A stretch of DNA of 64,000 nt from an uncultured Planctomycetia bacterium (GTDB lineage: Bacteria; Omnitrophota; Gorgyraeia; Tantalellales; Tantalellaceae): contig CAYQUS010000003.1 of the NCBI GenBank assembly GCA_964421015.1, forward strand, positions 41,269 through 105,268, given 5' to 3'. Shown here piece after piece: positions 30,390 through 40,040 of this stretch. The notes below the pieces were generated by a model, which did not search any database, had not been told where the DNA came from, and was given only the letters and a program-made list of their open reading frames with translations. How positions within the stretch are numbered: position 1 is the stretch's first letter; the number at the start of each line of letters is the position of its first letter. The position numbers were made by a program, and so were the translations under genes.

Positions 30390-30418
30390 TTGACTACATA
30401 TTGCCGCTACTGTATAAT
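30390..30418 (+). promoter_or_regulatory. Consensus sigma70-type promoter of the 3043 aa giant gene
   Basis: TTGACT (30390-30395), 17-nt spacer, TATAAT (30413-30418), ~130 nt upstream of ATG 30547. Confidence 0.6.
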
Positions 30419-30546
30419 TTTAGGTGTAAGGTTTTAAAAAGCAAGCTTAAATATTTCGGCGCACATCTCAACAAATTAAGAAGGTTTGCGCGTTGGTATT
30501 TTGCAATCCGGGTTTTTAAAGGAATTTAAAACAAGGGGATGAAAAA

Positions 30547-33500
30547 ATGATGTCTTTAAAAATTAAGAACTCATTTTTAGGGAAAGTTTCCGCTATCTTT
30601 CTGATAGCGGCATTTTCTTTTTACAACTGCGACATAAGTTCCGCCGTTACCCAGGCGGAAATAAAGTCGCCGGGTTCCGCGTCCGATAATTCCGTTCTCT
30701 CTGTGGAGGATATCGGAATAGCCATAGACGCGGGCACGATAAGGTCGAAGTTTGCCGGCCAGACCGGCAAGACCATAGTGCACATACAGGACGCCCATTG
30801 TAATTTCGAGGCCCAGAGCAACATAAGCCGCATACTCGAACAGCTTTCCAGGGATTCAGGCATAGCGATGATATCAGTAGAAGGCGCCGAAGGAACGGTT
30901 GATACGGCCTGGTTCAGAGCCTTCCCGGACGCCGAGATCCGCAGGGAAGTAGCCACCTATTTCATGAAGAAGGGCGAAATAACCGGAGCGGAATTTTTCT
31001 CCATAAACTCGGATTATAACGGCACTATTTTCGGGGCGGAAACAAGAGACTACTACGTGCAGAACCTTAGAGCCTTCCTCGATATGTACCCCTACAAAGA
31101 AGCTATACTTTCTTATTTCAACGATCTTAAGTCCGCCGGCGAAAAACTGAAGTCTATAATATATCCTCCGAAACTCAGGGAGCTCGACAGGAACGCGCAC
31201 AATTTCGAAAGCAAGGAGATGGACCTGAGCAAGTACGCGGAATATCTGGTAAAGGCTTCCGCGGAGAACGGGGTAGATACCGCCGGTTACGCCAACTTTA
31301 AAAAACTCACAGACACTCTCGAGTATGAGAAGAAAATAGATTTCGACGTAGTGGACGGTGAAAGGGCCAGGTACATAGACGCTCTTTCCAAGATGCTTTC
31401 CAAAGAGGAAATGGCCGACCTTGTGGCAGAGAGCATAAAGTTCAAGAAGGGTTACATAAAAGCCGTTGATTTTTATTCGCATCTCAGGGACCTGGCGAAG
31501 GCCCACGATATACCGATGATGCAGGAATACCCCAACCTTTTTTATTACTACATTTACTCCAAGATATACGACGGCATAGACATAGAAGGCCTTTTCAGGG
31601 AAATAGATCTTGTGGAAAGAGCCGTGAAAAAGAAGCTTATAAAGGATGAAACGCAGGACAAGCTCGACAAACTTTCAGAGAAAGTCGAAAAACTCATAGG
31701 GCTTGTGAATATCGAACTTACCAACGACGATTACGACCGTTTCAGGAAAATAGCCGACGCTTTTACACTTGACGACGTAGTTTCTTTTTATGACGGTATG
31801 GCCGGCAGATACAACCTTGATTTCTCCCTGGGGGAAGTTCCTTCGGTTGTCAGAGAGAACATGCCCAAGATGGTGGATTTTTACGAGATAGCGATAAAAC
31901 GCGATATGGCCCTTGTTGAGAACACCCTGGCCCAGATGGAAAGGGAAGGCAAGGACAGATCGGTCCTTATAGCCGGAGGTTTCCATACAAGAGGTATGGC
32001 CGATATACTGGAAAAGAAAGGTGTTTCTTATGTGGTTGTCACCCCAAAAATAACTAAAGATGTCGAGTCTCCCTATATACAGGTACTTACCAACCAGAGA
32101 ACTTCAATTGAGGACATAATTACCGAAAGCGCCATGCCCGGGACAAAGAACGAGAATGTCTCTGCCGGCGAGAACGCTGGTGGGCTTTTGTCTCCTCTTC
32201 TCAGGTTCGGTTGGGGAATTACCATGCTTCTGGACGACAACCAGAAGGCTTTGCTGCAGTCGGTTTCGGATGAACTTGGCAAGGTGGACGGCGGGGCCAA
32301 GTTCGAGGACGCCGTAAAGGAAAGTTTTAGAACTACTGTAAGAATGATGGCCGACAGGTGGCTTTCTACCGTAAAAAGCAATATGGTGGAACGCCTTGGG
32401 ATGGATGAAGATAAAGCTGAGGAGGAATTTCTTAAATTCGCGAATGACGACAGCCTTTGGGCCATGCTTCAGTCTGTCTATGTCGGCAAATACGACGATT
32501 ACTTCAGGTCGGTCAACAGAGTAGCTTCCCCAGCGGTGAAGGCGCAGATAGTGCTGGCGTTTAGTGAATATCGCAACGGGTATCTGGCTCGCGGTGAAAT
32601 AGGTGAAGGGGATGGCGCCGCCCAGAGCCCCGGACGCCAGAAAGCGGGCGACAGGGTGCTTAAAGACAACGATGAAATAAAGAATTTTGACCAGATAATA
32701 AGGTTCAGTTTTGATTCAGGAAAAGCCAATGAGGAAGCTTTCAGGGTTTCCGGGGTTTTCGGCCCGGAAATAGACGGAAAGTTCAGGTTTTTCGCACACG
32801 ATGGCTTAAACTCGTCGCTTGAGACCGCCGGGCTTCCGGCAAACGTTCACCCGGGCCGTGGCGGCGAGGCTAAGATGCACCAGGCCTATCAGGCCCACAT
32901 GGACAAATATGTTTTCGATAATCTTACCGACGCCCAGAGAACCACTCTGGCAAGACATGAACTTGCCCATCTTGTAATAGCCAACGCCGAAGATATAGCC
33001 TACAAAGAAAGAAAGGATTACAAGACCAGGGGAGAGGTAGAGCTAACCATAGAGGGCAGGCTCGGAAGGCAGGCTTTTAACACCTGGAAAATGTGGGAGA
33101 AATTCGTGGAGAGAGAATTCTCCGGGAATTTCCAGAGGTACAAGGACCGCGCTCTTTCTGAACAGGAAATGGAAACTCTGGCGGAGCTCCAGGAAAGGTT
33201 CGTCAACAGCCTTCCAAATTCCGACGTAACCGGTGTAGTGGCCAGGATGAACGCGATATCCGAGGCGAAAAAAGCGTCGGATCAGAAGGCTCTTAGAGAA
33301 ACGCTCCGTAAACACGCCAAAGAAATGTCGACTTCCGTAGCTGACGAAAAGGGTCCGGACGTAGTCATAGTGGTGTCTTCTACCGACGACCTGGCGGATT
33401 TCTGGCAGAAAAGGCTTACCTGGGATGGTTTACATGGTTCAGGCGCGGTAGTGAAAAAAAGTTCCGTGGTGTTGTCAGTTTCCGAGACCAACTGGACAAA

Positions 33501-36500
33501 AGGCGCCGGTAACGGACTTGGCACGCTTAATGGTTTTATAAGGGCCGCCAGAAAAGCCCAGGATCTCAATATCATAGAGACAGATGTTCCTTCTGGCAAA
33601 GTTAACCTTACTCAGGACGACATAAACAAGCTCGCGGACGCTTTCAGCGCCTATCTTAAGAGGGGCAACAAGAGCGCTTTTATGTTCCATACCGCCGGAA
33701 AAGGCACACGTACGGCGCCTCTTCCCGGAGTGGAAGGCAATTCCAAACCCAATATCAAGCTTCCCGAGATGGTTGATGTAGGCGGGGTTATGCAGCCCAT
33801 GACCATACTCGAGGGTGTCATGAAGGCTATAAGCAGATATGCGGATACAAGAAAAGGCCGTCTGGGTGTTTTCTGGGGAGACCAGGTCATTATAAACCAG
33901 AACCCTGTAGGCGACGAGGCGCCCAAACATCACGTCGAGATATTCGGGCAGAACGTTCCATTGGATGAAAGCATACAGTCTTACGGTGTTCTTATAGCGG
34001 GTGACCAGCCGGGCGACGCCATGCAGAGGGAAAAGCTCCCGATGAAAGAGGTCGAGGACCTGCTCAAGGCCAGCAACAAAGGACCCGACGAGGTATATAA
34101 GAGCATAGGTTCGTTCACTATATCAAACGATTTTCTCATGGCGCTACTAAAAGACAATGTTGCGGGTTCCGAGAAGAGCCTTGAGTCCACGAAAGGCAGT
34201 CTTGATACCGACCCCGACTGGTGGCAGCCGCTTACATCGTCGCTTGACGAGTACAAGGCCATGATGGCGAAAAAGAAAAAGTCTCCGGCGGTCGCTGAAG
34301 CTCAGTGGAACAAGATGAACGCCCTTTGGAACAATTTTAACAGCCAGGGGAAGGGGAAAATAGGCGTTACCGACGTGGGTAAGGATTCGCTCTGGTGGGA
34401 TTACGGCCAGAACAAATACTACCTTAGGAACATGCAGATACTCACAGAAAAGGACACAGTCGACGGAGTTTCCTCGAGAGAATTTTTCGGTATAGACAGC
34501 TGGATAAAAGGTTCCACGCTTGGTGACGCTAACGACGTTTCCGATACAGAAAAGAGGTTCACATCCCAGGCGCTGGCGGAAGGCAGAGCTGTCGGGGCAA
34601 AAGACGGCAAGAAATATCTGGATATACAGTCTTCTGTCGTACAGAACTCTACGATAAAGAGCGGGCGCCTTAAGAACTGCGTTGTAATAGACAGCTACCT
34701 GGAGAATGTTGACGCCGAGAACGCCGTGATAATAGGAAGCACTGTGTTCAAGCTTAACGCTAAAGGCGCTCTTGTATACAATGTGGTGAATGACGAAGTT
34801 CCGGCGCTTACTGAGGGCCAGATACTGACCAACGTTTTCCATCCCACGGTCGGTCGCATACAGATGCAGATGAGGACAGATGTTTCCCGTGACGGCAGTG
34901 TCGACTGGGAACAGGAGGTTTTTGTTTACGACAATCTTTATACTTACGCCGACGTCGCAAAACTCATGGCAGAGAGCGGTATTACAATGGACGTCATAAA
35001 GATTTTAAGAGATAACGCGGCCAGGGCGCTTATTGAGAGCCGCGAAGCCAGTAATACAAGGAGCGCTAACGAACTTAAGAATGATCTGCTTACCAGCAGG
35101 AACAAAAAAGCGGGGACGCTAAAGACCAAAGCTCTTGAACTTAAATCAAAGGCCGAAGGCGTTCTCAGGGAAGACCCGAAAGGCAATGTAAGGTCCATAC
35201 TGAGGGAAGCGGGGCTTAACGAACTTTGGGCCGCCAGGGCGGAGCTCGACGAACCCGAGGCCAGAAAGATAGTAGCTTACAGCATTATGGTCACCGAGGG
35301 CAGGACCTCGATGGACGTAGCCGAATACATGGAGATGTTCGCTATGGTGCCTAACCCGGCAAACATCCGCGCGGCCGAAGAGGAACTGGTCGCCGTGAGA
35401 AAACTGGTGGAGCTCTCAAAGGTGGACCGCCGCAAGTACTACGCCCAGCAGGAACCTCTGGCTTTCGGTACAAGCGGCCTTAGGGACACAGTTGAAAGAC
35501 TTACCGATATGGAAGTTTACATAAACGCCCGTGGCTTTATCAGATATCTTATCGAGCAGGGAGAGATAGTTGACGGTGACTCTGTTGCCATAGCGGGAGA
35601 CTTGAGGCCGAGCACACCAAGGCTTATGACGGCTGTGGCCAGGGCTATAGAGGACGAGGGTCTTGCTAACGGATATTCGCTTGGAGTGGATCTTAGGGGA
35701 TTCCTGCCGTCGCCCAGCGTGGCTCTTGACGGTTTTATCGGCAAGAAACCCAGCGTTATGGTGACCGGCAGCCACATACCGGCCGACAGGAACGGAATAA
35801 AGTTCAACAAGAAGAGCGGAGAAGTTCTTAAACAGGACGAGAAAGGCATACTTTCTAAAGTCAAGGAGGCAAGGGCCGAAGAGACCGCGCTTGACTGGCA
35901 GGTAACATTGTTCGATCAGGCCGGGAAGTTTAAGGACGCCCCGGTTTATGCGCTTCAATCCGGGCAGGATGAAAGTATAGAGGTTTTCGTCAATAGGTAT
36001 ACCAGCGTTTTTGGTACGGAAGCTCTTAAGGACAAAAAAGTGTTCATATACCAGCATTCAGCTGTCGGAAGGGACATAATTTCCGACATATACAGAAAGC
36101 TGGGAGCTACTGTGATAACTCCCGGAGTAGATGAATTTGGCGGGTACATAGAAGGTAAAGAAGAAGACAACATAATACAGGTTACGTATACCGACGAAAA
36201 AACCGGTAAGGAAGTAACAGAGAATGTGAATCTTCGCAGCGAGGAGTTTGTCCCGGTGGATACGGAGAAAGTATCCAATAAGACAAAGGCCATACTCAAA
36301 GCTGTTGCCGCGAAGTACGCTCCGGACGTTATAATATCCACTGACGGAGATTCTGACAGGCCGCTTTTTGTGGACGAAGAAGGTAACTTCCTTGTTGGTG
36401 ACAAACTTGGTCTTCTTGCTGTTAAATTCATGGTGGAAAATGCTCAGAAACCCGCCATGGTGGCTTTACCGGAAAGCACTAATGAGGGAGTAGTAGCCGA

Positions 36501-39500
36501 GCTTGAAAGTATGGGGATAAAGGTGATCAAGACCAAGATAGGTTCGCCGCATGTCATAAAGGCCATGAACGACTGGACACGTCCCGGCAGGGGGCATGAG
36601 AACGACATAGTATGCGGTTGGGAAGCCAACGGAGGTTTTCTCCTGGGCAGCGACATAAAGTTGTTTGACAAAGATTTAAGGTCTCTTCCGACACGCGACG
36701 CGGTGTTCCCGACACTTTCCGGTATACTTTTGTCCGGGATAAAAGGGGTGTCAGTGAAGGAGCTTATAGAGAAGGAGACCCCGGCCGTGTATAACGGCGC
36801 CGGTGTTTTTGACGATTTCCGTGATAAGGACGGCAAGAAACTTACGGGTAACGCCGGGTTCGGGCTTATGAAGGAAACCATGGCGAAGTTCTCTCCCAAA
36901 CTCGAGGATCAGACGATCGTAAGGGTTAATTTTGATAAGAACACTGTTATTCGGAGAGTACGGGACGAAGAGGCAGGAGAAGAAATAGCCGACAAGTATT
37001 TCTTTGAGACAGTGGAACAGAATATAGACACTCTTAGTCCGGCGGATCTTGCTGAAATAACAAGGGTCAAGGACCTTTTTGGTAAAAACATCCTTACTAA
37101 GGAAAGAGGGTTCGAGCCTATAGCGTCCATAAGTGTTCTTGACGGTATCAAGATATTTTTCAGTAACGGCGAAATATCGCATTTCAGGCCTTCCGGGAAC
37201 GCTCCTGAGTTCAGAAATTACACGACAGCGGCGACACAGGAAAGAGCCGACGCGATGCTGGCCGTAGGACTGAAGGAGTTGGTGCCCTCTATGGTCACAG
37301 AGACATTAAACTCGCCTTCGGGAAGCACCGAGTTGCCGATATGGTCGCCCGGAAGACAGGCCGCGACGGCGACGCCGGCCTCTCCTGAAGTACAGGAAGT
37401 GGCCGATCTTTTGAGGCAGGGCTACCCGGCCATGATAAAGCCGCACAAGGAAGCCAAGGTATGGGGTGTTAATGGCATAGGAGAATATTGGTACGGCGCC
37501 GAAGCGGGAGACAAGACTTCAGTTGTTTCCGTGCGCGACGCCAATGGTAAAACGGTCGAAGCTCCGCTCAATGAGGTTTTAAGCTACGCTCCGGATGTTT
37601 TGGGCAAGGACGCGCTTGATAATTTCGGACAGATGCTGCCGCTTGTAAAGATACTTACGCCCCAGGGCAGGTTGTCGGCCCAGTTCCACGATGCCAAGAA
37701 CGAGCTATGGATAGTTACCGGGATAGATCCCAAGGTCCAGAACCCCTCTATAATACTCGGGTTCAGCAAGGCTTCTGTGGACAGGTTCGGCAGCGCGGTC
37801 AATTCTGAATATAAGAAAGCTCTGGAAAATTACGGCGAGAAGCTTAACGCTCTTATAGACGCCGCTGAAGATATTGGTATCACGCAGGCTTTCCAGGGGG
37901 ACATACTCGAAAAGGCTAAGGATTACCCCGCCATGGGAAGTTATGTGGCGGAACTCGAGTCGGCGAAAGGTGAGCTGGAATGGTTCTATAACTACAGGCC
38001 TGTTAAGGTTGGAGAGGTTATACCTGTTCCGGCCGGCACTTTACACGCTCTTGGAACAGGTGTGGAGGTAGTAGAACCGCAGATAGCCGGTCTTACGCAG
38101 TCTCTGGAAGACGGAGCTACTTATCCGGTGAGGTACTATTTCCCGGGGCATGAAAGGCCCGGCGCTCAGAAACAGCTGGATATAGACAGGGTAGGAGAGA
38201 TGATACCCGCTGTGGCGGTAGAGACCAGCCCGGAAATTATTTCCGAACAGCCGAACGGTGAAAAGGTCGAGAGGCTTCCGGGAAATTTCGAGTCCAAGGG
38301 GCTTGAGGTTAACAGGATAACGGTAAGAAAAGACGCCGCCTCGACCGGGACCTTCAGGATAGGCAGCATGGAGAGCATACACAATCTGGTAGTGGTCAAG
38401 GGTGAAGCTTCGGTGCTTGTGGCCGGTCAGAGGATCAAAATACCCGCCGCCAGGGCCGGAGAGCCAATGATGATGATACCGCCGACGGCGGGACAGTACA
38501 CCATAGTAGCCGATGCCGACGGTGACAGCGAGATCATTCTTACGCTGACCCCGAAAGCCGAGAAGTGGAATCTTGAGACTCCTGTTGAGAAGGGTTCCGG
38601 AGTGAGCATAAACGGCGAGATGGAGTACGGATATGAGGTGACACCCAGATTCCTGGAGTTTGAGACAATGGTCGATGTCAGGGACGAGGTGAACATACAT
38701 GCCGGGCAGAAGGCTGAAAGTTCTCCGATCATAGCCGGAAGAGCCCATAAAATAAAGGTTCTGGACGGAACGGTAGTAGTGACGCGTTCTACTGGCGAGG
38801 AAGTTGTGGTGGCCGCGGGAGAAGAGTTCCTTGTTGATGAAAACTATTCCAACGTAAGCCTTCTTGATCCGGGCCGTTATGAGATAGTCAATAGAGCCGA
38901 TCTTCCCGCGAAAGTTGAGGTTTCTTACAGCCTCACACAGGAAGAAAAAGTGGCATACGAGACCATCTCTACGCTTAAAAAACATATACCTGTCATAAAA
39001 GGCAAGAAGATAAGGGCGCATGTTCCAAACGAGATCTTCCCGAGCGGCGGTAAAACAGTGGTAGGGTCACGCCTTTGGACGCAGGAGATAATGCAGAATC
39101 TTCTTGGCCCCGACATAATTCTCGCCGGATACGATTCCGCGCTTGGTTTCAGCAGGCTCAAGACCAGCAGCGAGGACGATGTAGTGGAGATCCTTATAGC
39201 CGACAACAAGAAACTGGAAGCCGAGAAGGAAGTTAAGGGGTCGGAAGAGTTCCTCAAGAGCGTAAGGGTCCTGCCGATACCGGAGAACGCCCTTAGCCAG
39301 AAAGGCGGATGGGATTTCTGCCTCGAGGTGGTGGGTTGGTCCATGATACTTGGCGCCGTGGGTCCGGAACAGATACGCGATAAGGCCGATCTTACAAGCC
39401 CTGCCGCGGATATGCATAAGTTCCTGACGAAAGTCCTCAAGCGCCAGGTGGAAAGGGAACACCTTTTCCTCATGCTTTCTTTCAACGAAGCCAACACGTA

Positions 39501-39678
39501 TCTCAGCGGTCTTTCTGAGGACGAAAGGACAGCCATACAGGAGAAGATAGGCGATGTCAGCGATGTCGTGACATGGATGAAGAACCTTGTTAAGAACATA
39601 TTGTTCCAGATGCCGATAAGGCCGTTTGACCCTGCGGACACGCTCCGTCAGAGGCTCAAAGTAATGTGGTCGGCATAA
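30547..39678 (+). CDS. Giant 3043 aa exported protein. Signal peptide, Tiki/TraB-like N-domain paralogous to previous gene, HExxH motif, then fused sugar-1-phosphate nucleotidyltransferase (fucose/mannose-1-P guanylyltransferase-like with left-handed beta-helix) + phosphoglucomutase/phosphomannomutase + type-I phosphomannose isomerase (cupin), ~330 aa C-terminal unknown region
   Basis: RBS aagggga + ATG 30547. Consensus promoter TTGACT-N17-TATAAT at 30390-30418. 'TIVHIQDAH' (30772-30798) and 'GGFHTRG' (~31975-31995) parallel the previous gene. 'HELAH' at ~32950-32975. 'DVVIVVSS', 'FMFHTAGKGTRTAPL' (33680-33725), LbH 'RLKNCVVIDSYLENVDAENAVIIGS' (34660-34800). 'FGTSGLRD' (35464), 'TGSHIPADRNGIKF' (35761), 'DGDSDRPL' (36343) mark a phosphohexomutase. 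'QFHDAKNELWIVT' (37681) and 'PVPAGTLHALGTGVEVVEPQ' (38041) mark PMI type I. Confidence 0.8.
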   Translation: MMSLKIKNSFLGKVSAIFLIAAFSFYNCDISSAVTQAEIKSPGSASDNSVLSVEDIGIAIDAGTIRSKFAGQTGKTIVHIQDAHCNFEAQSNISRILEQLSRDSGIAMISVEGAEGTVDTAWFRAFPDAEIRREVATYFMKKGEITGAEFFSINSDYNGTIFGAETRDYYVQNLRAFLDMYPYKEAILSYFNDLKSAGEKLKSIIYPPKLRELDRNAHNFESKEMDLSKYAEYLVKASAENGVDTAGYANFKKLTDTLEYEKKIDFDVVDGERARYIDALSKMLSKEEMADLVAESIKFKKGYIKAVDFYSHLRDLAKAHDIPMMQEYPNLFYYYIYSKIYDGIDIEGLFREIDLVERAVKKKLIKDETQDKLDKLSEKVEKLIGLVNIELTNDDYDRFRKIADAFTLDDVVSFYDGMAGRYNLDFSLGEVPSVVRENMPKMVDFYEIAIKRDMALVENTLAQMEREGKDRSVLIAGGFHTRGMADILEKKGVSYVVVTPKITKDVESPYIQVLTNQRTSIEDIITESAMPGTKNENVSAGENAGGLLSPLLRFGWGITMLLDDNQKALLQSVSDELGKVDGGAKFEDAVKESFRTTVRMMADRWLSTVKSNMVERLGMDEDKAEEEFLKFANDDSLWAMLQSVYVGKYDDYFRSVNRVASPAVKAQIVLAFSEYRNGYLARGEIGEGDGAAQSPGRQKAGDRVLKDNDEIKNFDQIIRFSFDSGKANEEAFRVSGVFGPEIDGKFRFFAHDGLNSSLETAGLPANVHPGRGGEAKMHQAYQAHMDKYVFDNLTDAQRTTLARHELAHLVIANAEDIAYKERKDYKTRGEVELTIEGRLGRQAFNTWKMWEKFVEREFSGNFQRYKDRALSEQEMETLAELQERFVNSLPNSDVTGVVARMNAISEAKKASDQKALRETLRKHAKEMSTSVADEKGPDVVIVVSSTDDLADFWQKRLTWDGLHGSGAVVKKSSVVLSVSETNWTKGAGNGLGTLNGFIRAARKAQDLNIIETDVPSGKVNLTQDDINKLADAFSAYLKRGNKSAFMFHTAGKGTRTAPLPGVEGNSKPNIKLPEMVDVGGVMQPMTILEGVMKAISRYADTRKGRLGVFWGDQVIINQNPVGDEAPKHHVEIFGQNVPLDESIQSYGVLIAGDQPGDAMQREKLPMKEVEDLLKASNKGPDEVYKSIGSFTISNDFLMALLKDNVAGSEKSLESTKGSLDTDPDWWQPLTSSLDEYKAMMAKKKKSPAVAEAQWNKMNALWNNFNSQGKGKIGVTDVGKDSLWWDYGQNKYYLRNMQILTEKDTVDGVSSREFFGIDSWIKGSTLGDANDVSDTEKRFTSQALAEGRAVGAKDGKKYLDIQSSVVQNSTIKSGRLKNCVVIDSYLENVDAENAVIIGSTVFKLNAKGALVYNVVNDEVPALTEGQILTNVFHPTVGRIQMQMRTDVSRDGSVDWEQEVFVYDNLYTYADVAKLMAESGITMDVIKILRDNAARALIESREASNTRSANELKNDLLTSRNKKAGTLKTKALELKSKAEGVLREDPKGNVRSILREAGLNELWAARAELDEPEARKIVAYSIMVTEGRTSMDVAEYMEMFAMVPNPANIRAAEEELVAVRKLVELSKVDRRKYYAQQEPLAFGTSGLRDTVERLTDMEVYINARGFIRYLIEQGEIVDGDSVAIAGDLRPSTPRLMTAVARAIEDEGLANGYSLGVDLRGFLPSPSVALDGFIGKKPSVMVTGSHIPADRNGIKFNKKSGEVLKQDEKGILSKVKEARAEETALDWQVTLFDQAGKFKDAPVYALQSGQDESIEVFVNRYTSVFGTEALKDKKVFIYQHSAVGRDIISDIYRKLGATVITPGVDEFGGYIEGKEEDNIIQVTYTDEKTGKEVTENVNLRSEEFVPVDTEKVSNKTKAILKAVAAKYAPDVIISTDGDSDRPLFVDEEGNFLVGDKLGLLAVKFMVENAQKPAMVALPESTNEGVVAELESMGIKVIKTKIGSPHVIKAMNDWTRPGRGHENDIVCGWEANGGFLLGSDIKLFDKDLRSLPTRDAVFPTLSGILLSGIKGVSVKELIEKETPAVYNGAGVFDDFRDKDGKKLTGNAGFGLMKETMAKFSPKLEDQTIVRVNFDKNTVIRRVRDEEAGEEIADKYFFETVEQNIDTLSPADLAEITRVKDLFGKNILTKERGFEPIASISVLDGIKIFFSNGEISHFRPSGNAPEFRNYTTAATQERADAMLAVGLKELVPSMVTETLNSPSGSTELPIWSPGRQAATATPASPEVQEVADLLRQGYPAMIKPHKEAKVWGVNGIGEYWYGAEAGDKTSVVSVRDANGKTVEAPLNEVLSYAPDVLGKDALDNFGQMLPLVKILTPQGRLSAQFHDAKNELWIVTGIDPKVQNPSIILGFSKASVDRFGSAVNSEYKKALENYGEKLNALIDAAEDIGITQAFQGDILEKAKDYPAMGSYVAELESAKGELEWFYNYRPVKVGEVIPVPAGTLHALGTGVEVVEPQIAGLTQSLEDGATYPVRYYFPGHERPGAQKQLDIDRVGEMIPAVAVETSPEIISEQPNGEKVERLPGNFESKGLEVNRITVRKDAASTGTFRIGSMESIHNLVVVKGEASVLVAGQRIKIPAARAGEPMMMIPPTAGQYTIVADADGDSEIILTLTPKAEKWNLETPVEKGSGVSINGEMEYGYEVTPRFLEFETMVDVRDEVNIHAGQKAESSPIIAGRAHKIKVLDGTVVVTRSTGEEVVVAAGEEFLVDENYSNVSLLDPGRYEIVNRADLPAKVEVSYSLTQEEKVAYETISTLKKHIPVIKGKKIRAHVPNEIFPSGGKTVVGSRLWTQEIMQNLLGPDIILAGYDSALGFSRLKTSSEDDVVEILIADNKKLEAEKEVKGSEEFLKSVRVLPIPENALSQKGGWDFCLEVVGWSMILGAVGPEQIRDKADLTSPAADMHKFLTKVLKRQVEREHLFLMLSFNEANTYLSGLSEDERTAIQEKIGDVSDVVTWMKNLVKNILFQMPIRPFDPADTLRQRLKVMWSA

Positions 39679-39687
39679 GGATATAAA

Positions 39688-39730
39688 ACACATTAGTGCC
39701 AGGCACCTATGGTGCCTGGCACTAATGTGT
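39688..39730. repeat. Palindrome copy 3, identical to copy 1, 10 nt after the ORF3 stop
   Basis: acacattagtgccaggcacctatggtgcctggcactaatgtgt followed by aaaaaagttag. Confidence 0.9.
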
Positions 39731-39844
39731 AAAAAAGTTAGTTGGTTCCGGTCCCGTAAAAAGGTCCGGACATACAGAGAGAGCGTTAAGCCAAACCACC
39801 TCCCCCTCGGCAAGGCAAGCTCTCTCTGTTTTTTTTGATAAGAG

Positions 39845-39957
39845 TTTACTTTTGTCGTTCTGAGCCGAATCCACTTTTGTCATCCTGAGCCGAATCCACT
39901 TTTGTCATCCTGAGCCGAATCCACTTTTGTCATCCTGAGCCGGCAGGCGAAGGATCT
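39845..39957. repeat. Tandem repeat, 25-bp unit x ~4 (tccacttttgtcatcctgagccgaa)
   Basis: Units at 39845, 39870, 39895 and 39920. The last unit degenerates into gtcatcctgagccggcaggcgaaggatc, a member of the dispersed 'gtcatcctga..gaaggatc' motif family. Confidence 0.85.
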
Positions 39958-40040
39958 GGTCAATTATTGCCTGGCGTTATTGTCTTTCACCCGGCACAAA
40001 ATGGTTGGAAAAATCGGGGGGTTGTCGTACAATTAGCGGG

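Noticed and set aside
2-39678. Giant ORFs as an assembly or annotation artefact (concatenated unrelated genes read through)
   Set aside because: Each ORF has its own promoter, RBS, signal peptide and terminator palindrome. Codon usage is uniform, and domain order is mirrored in paralogs (ORF2/ORF3 N-domains; ORF3 versus 40041-44529). I cannot verify read support, so this remains a stated caveat.
39845-39957. Possible CRISPR array (regular 25-bp direct repeats)
   Set aside because: Repeats are directly abutting with no spacers and there are no cas genes nearby. This is a plain tandem repeat.
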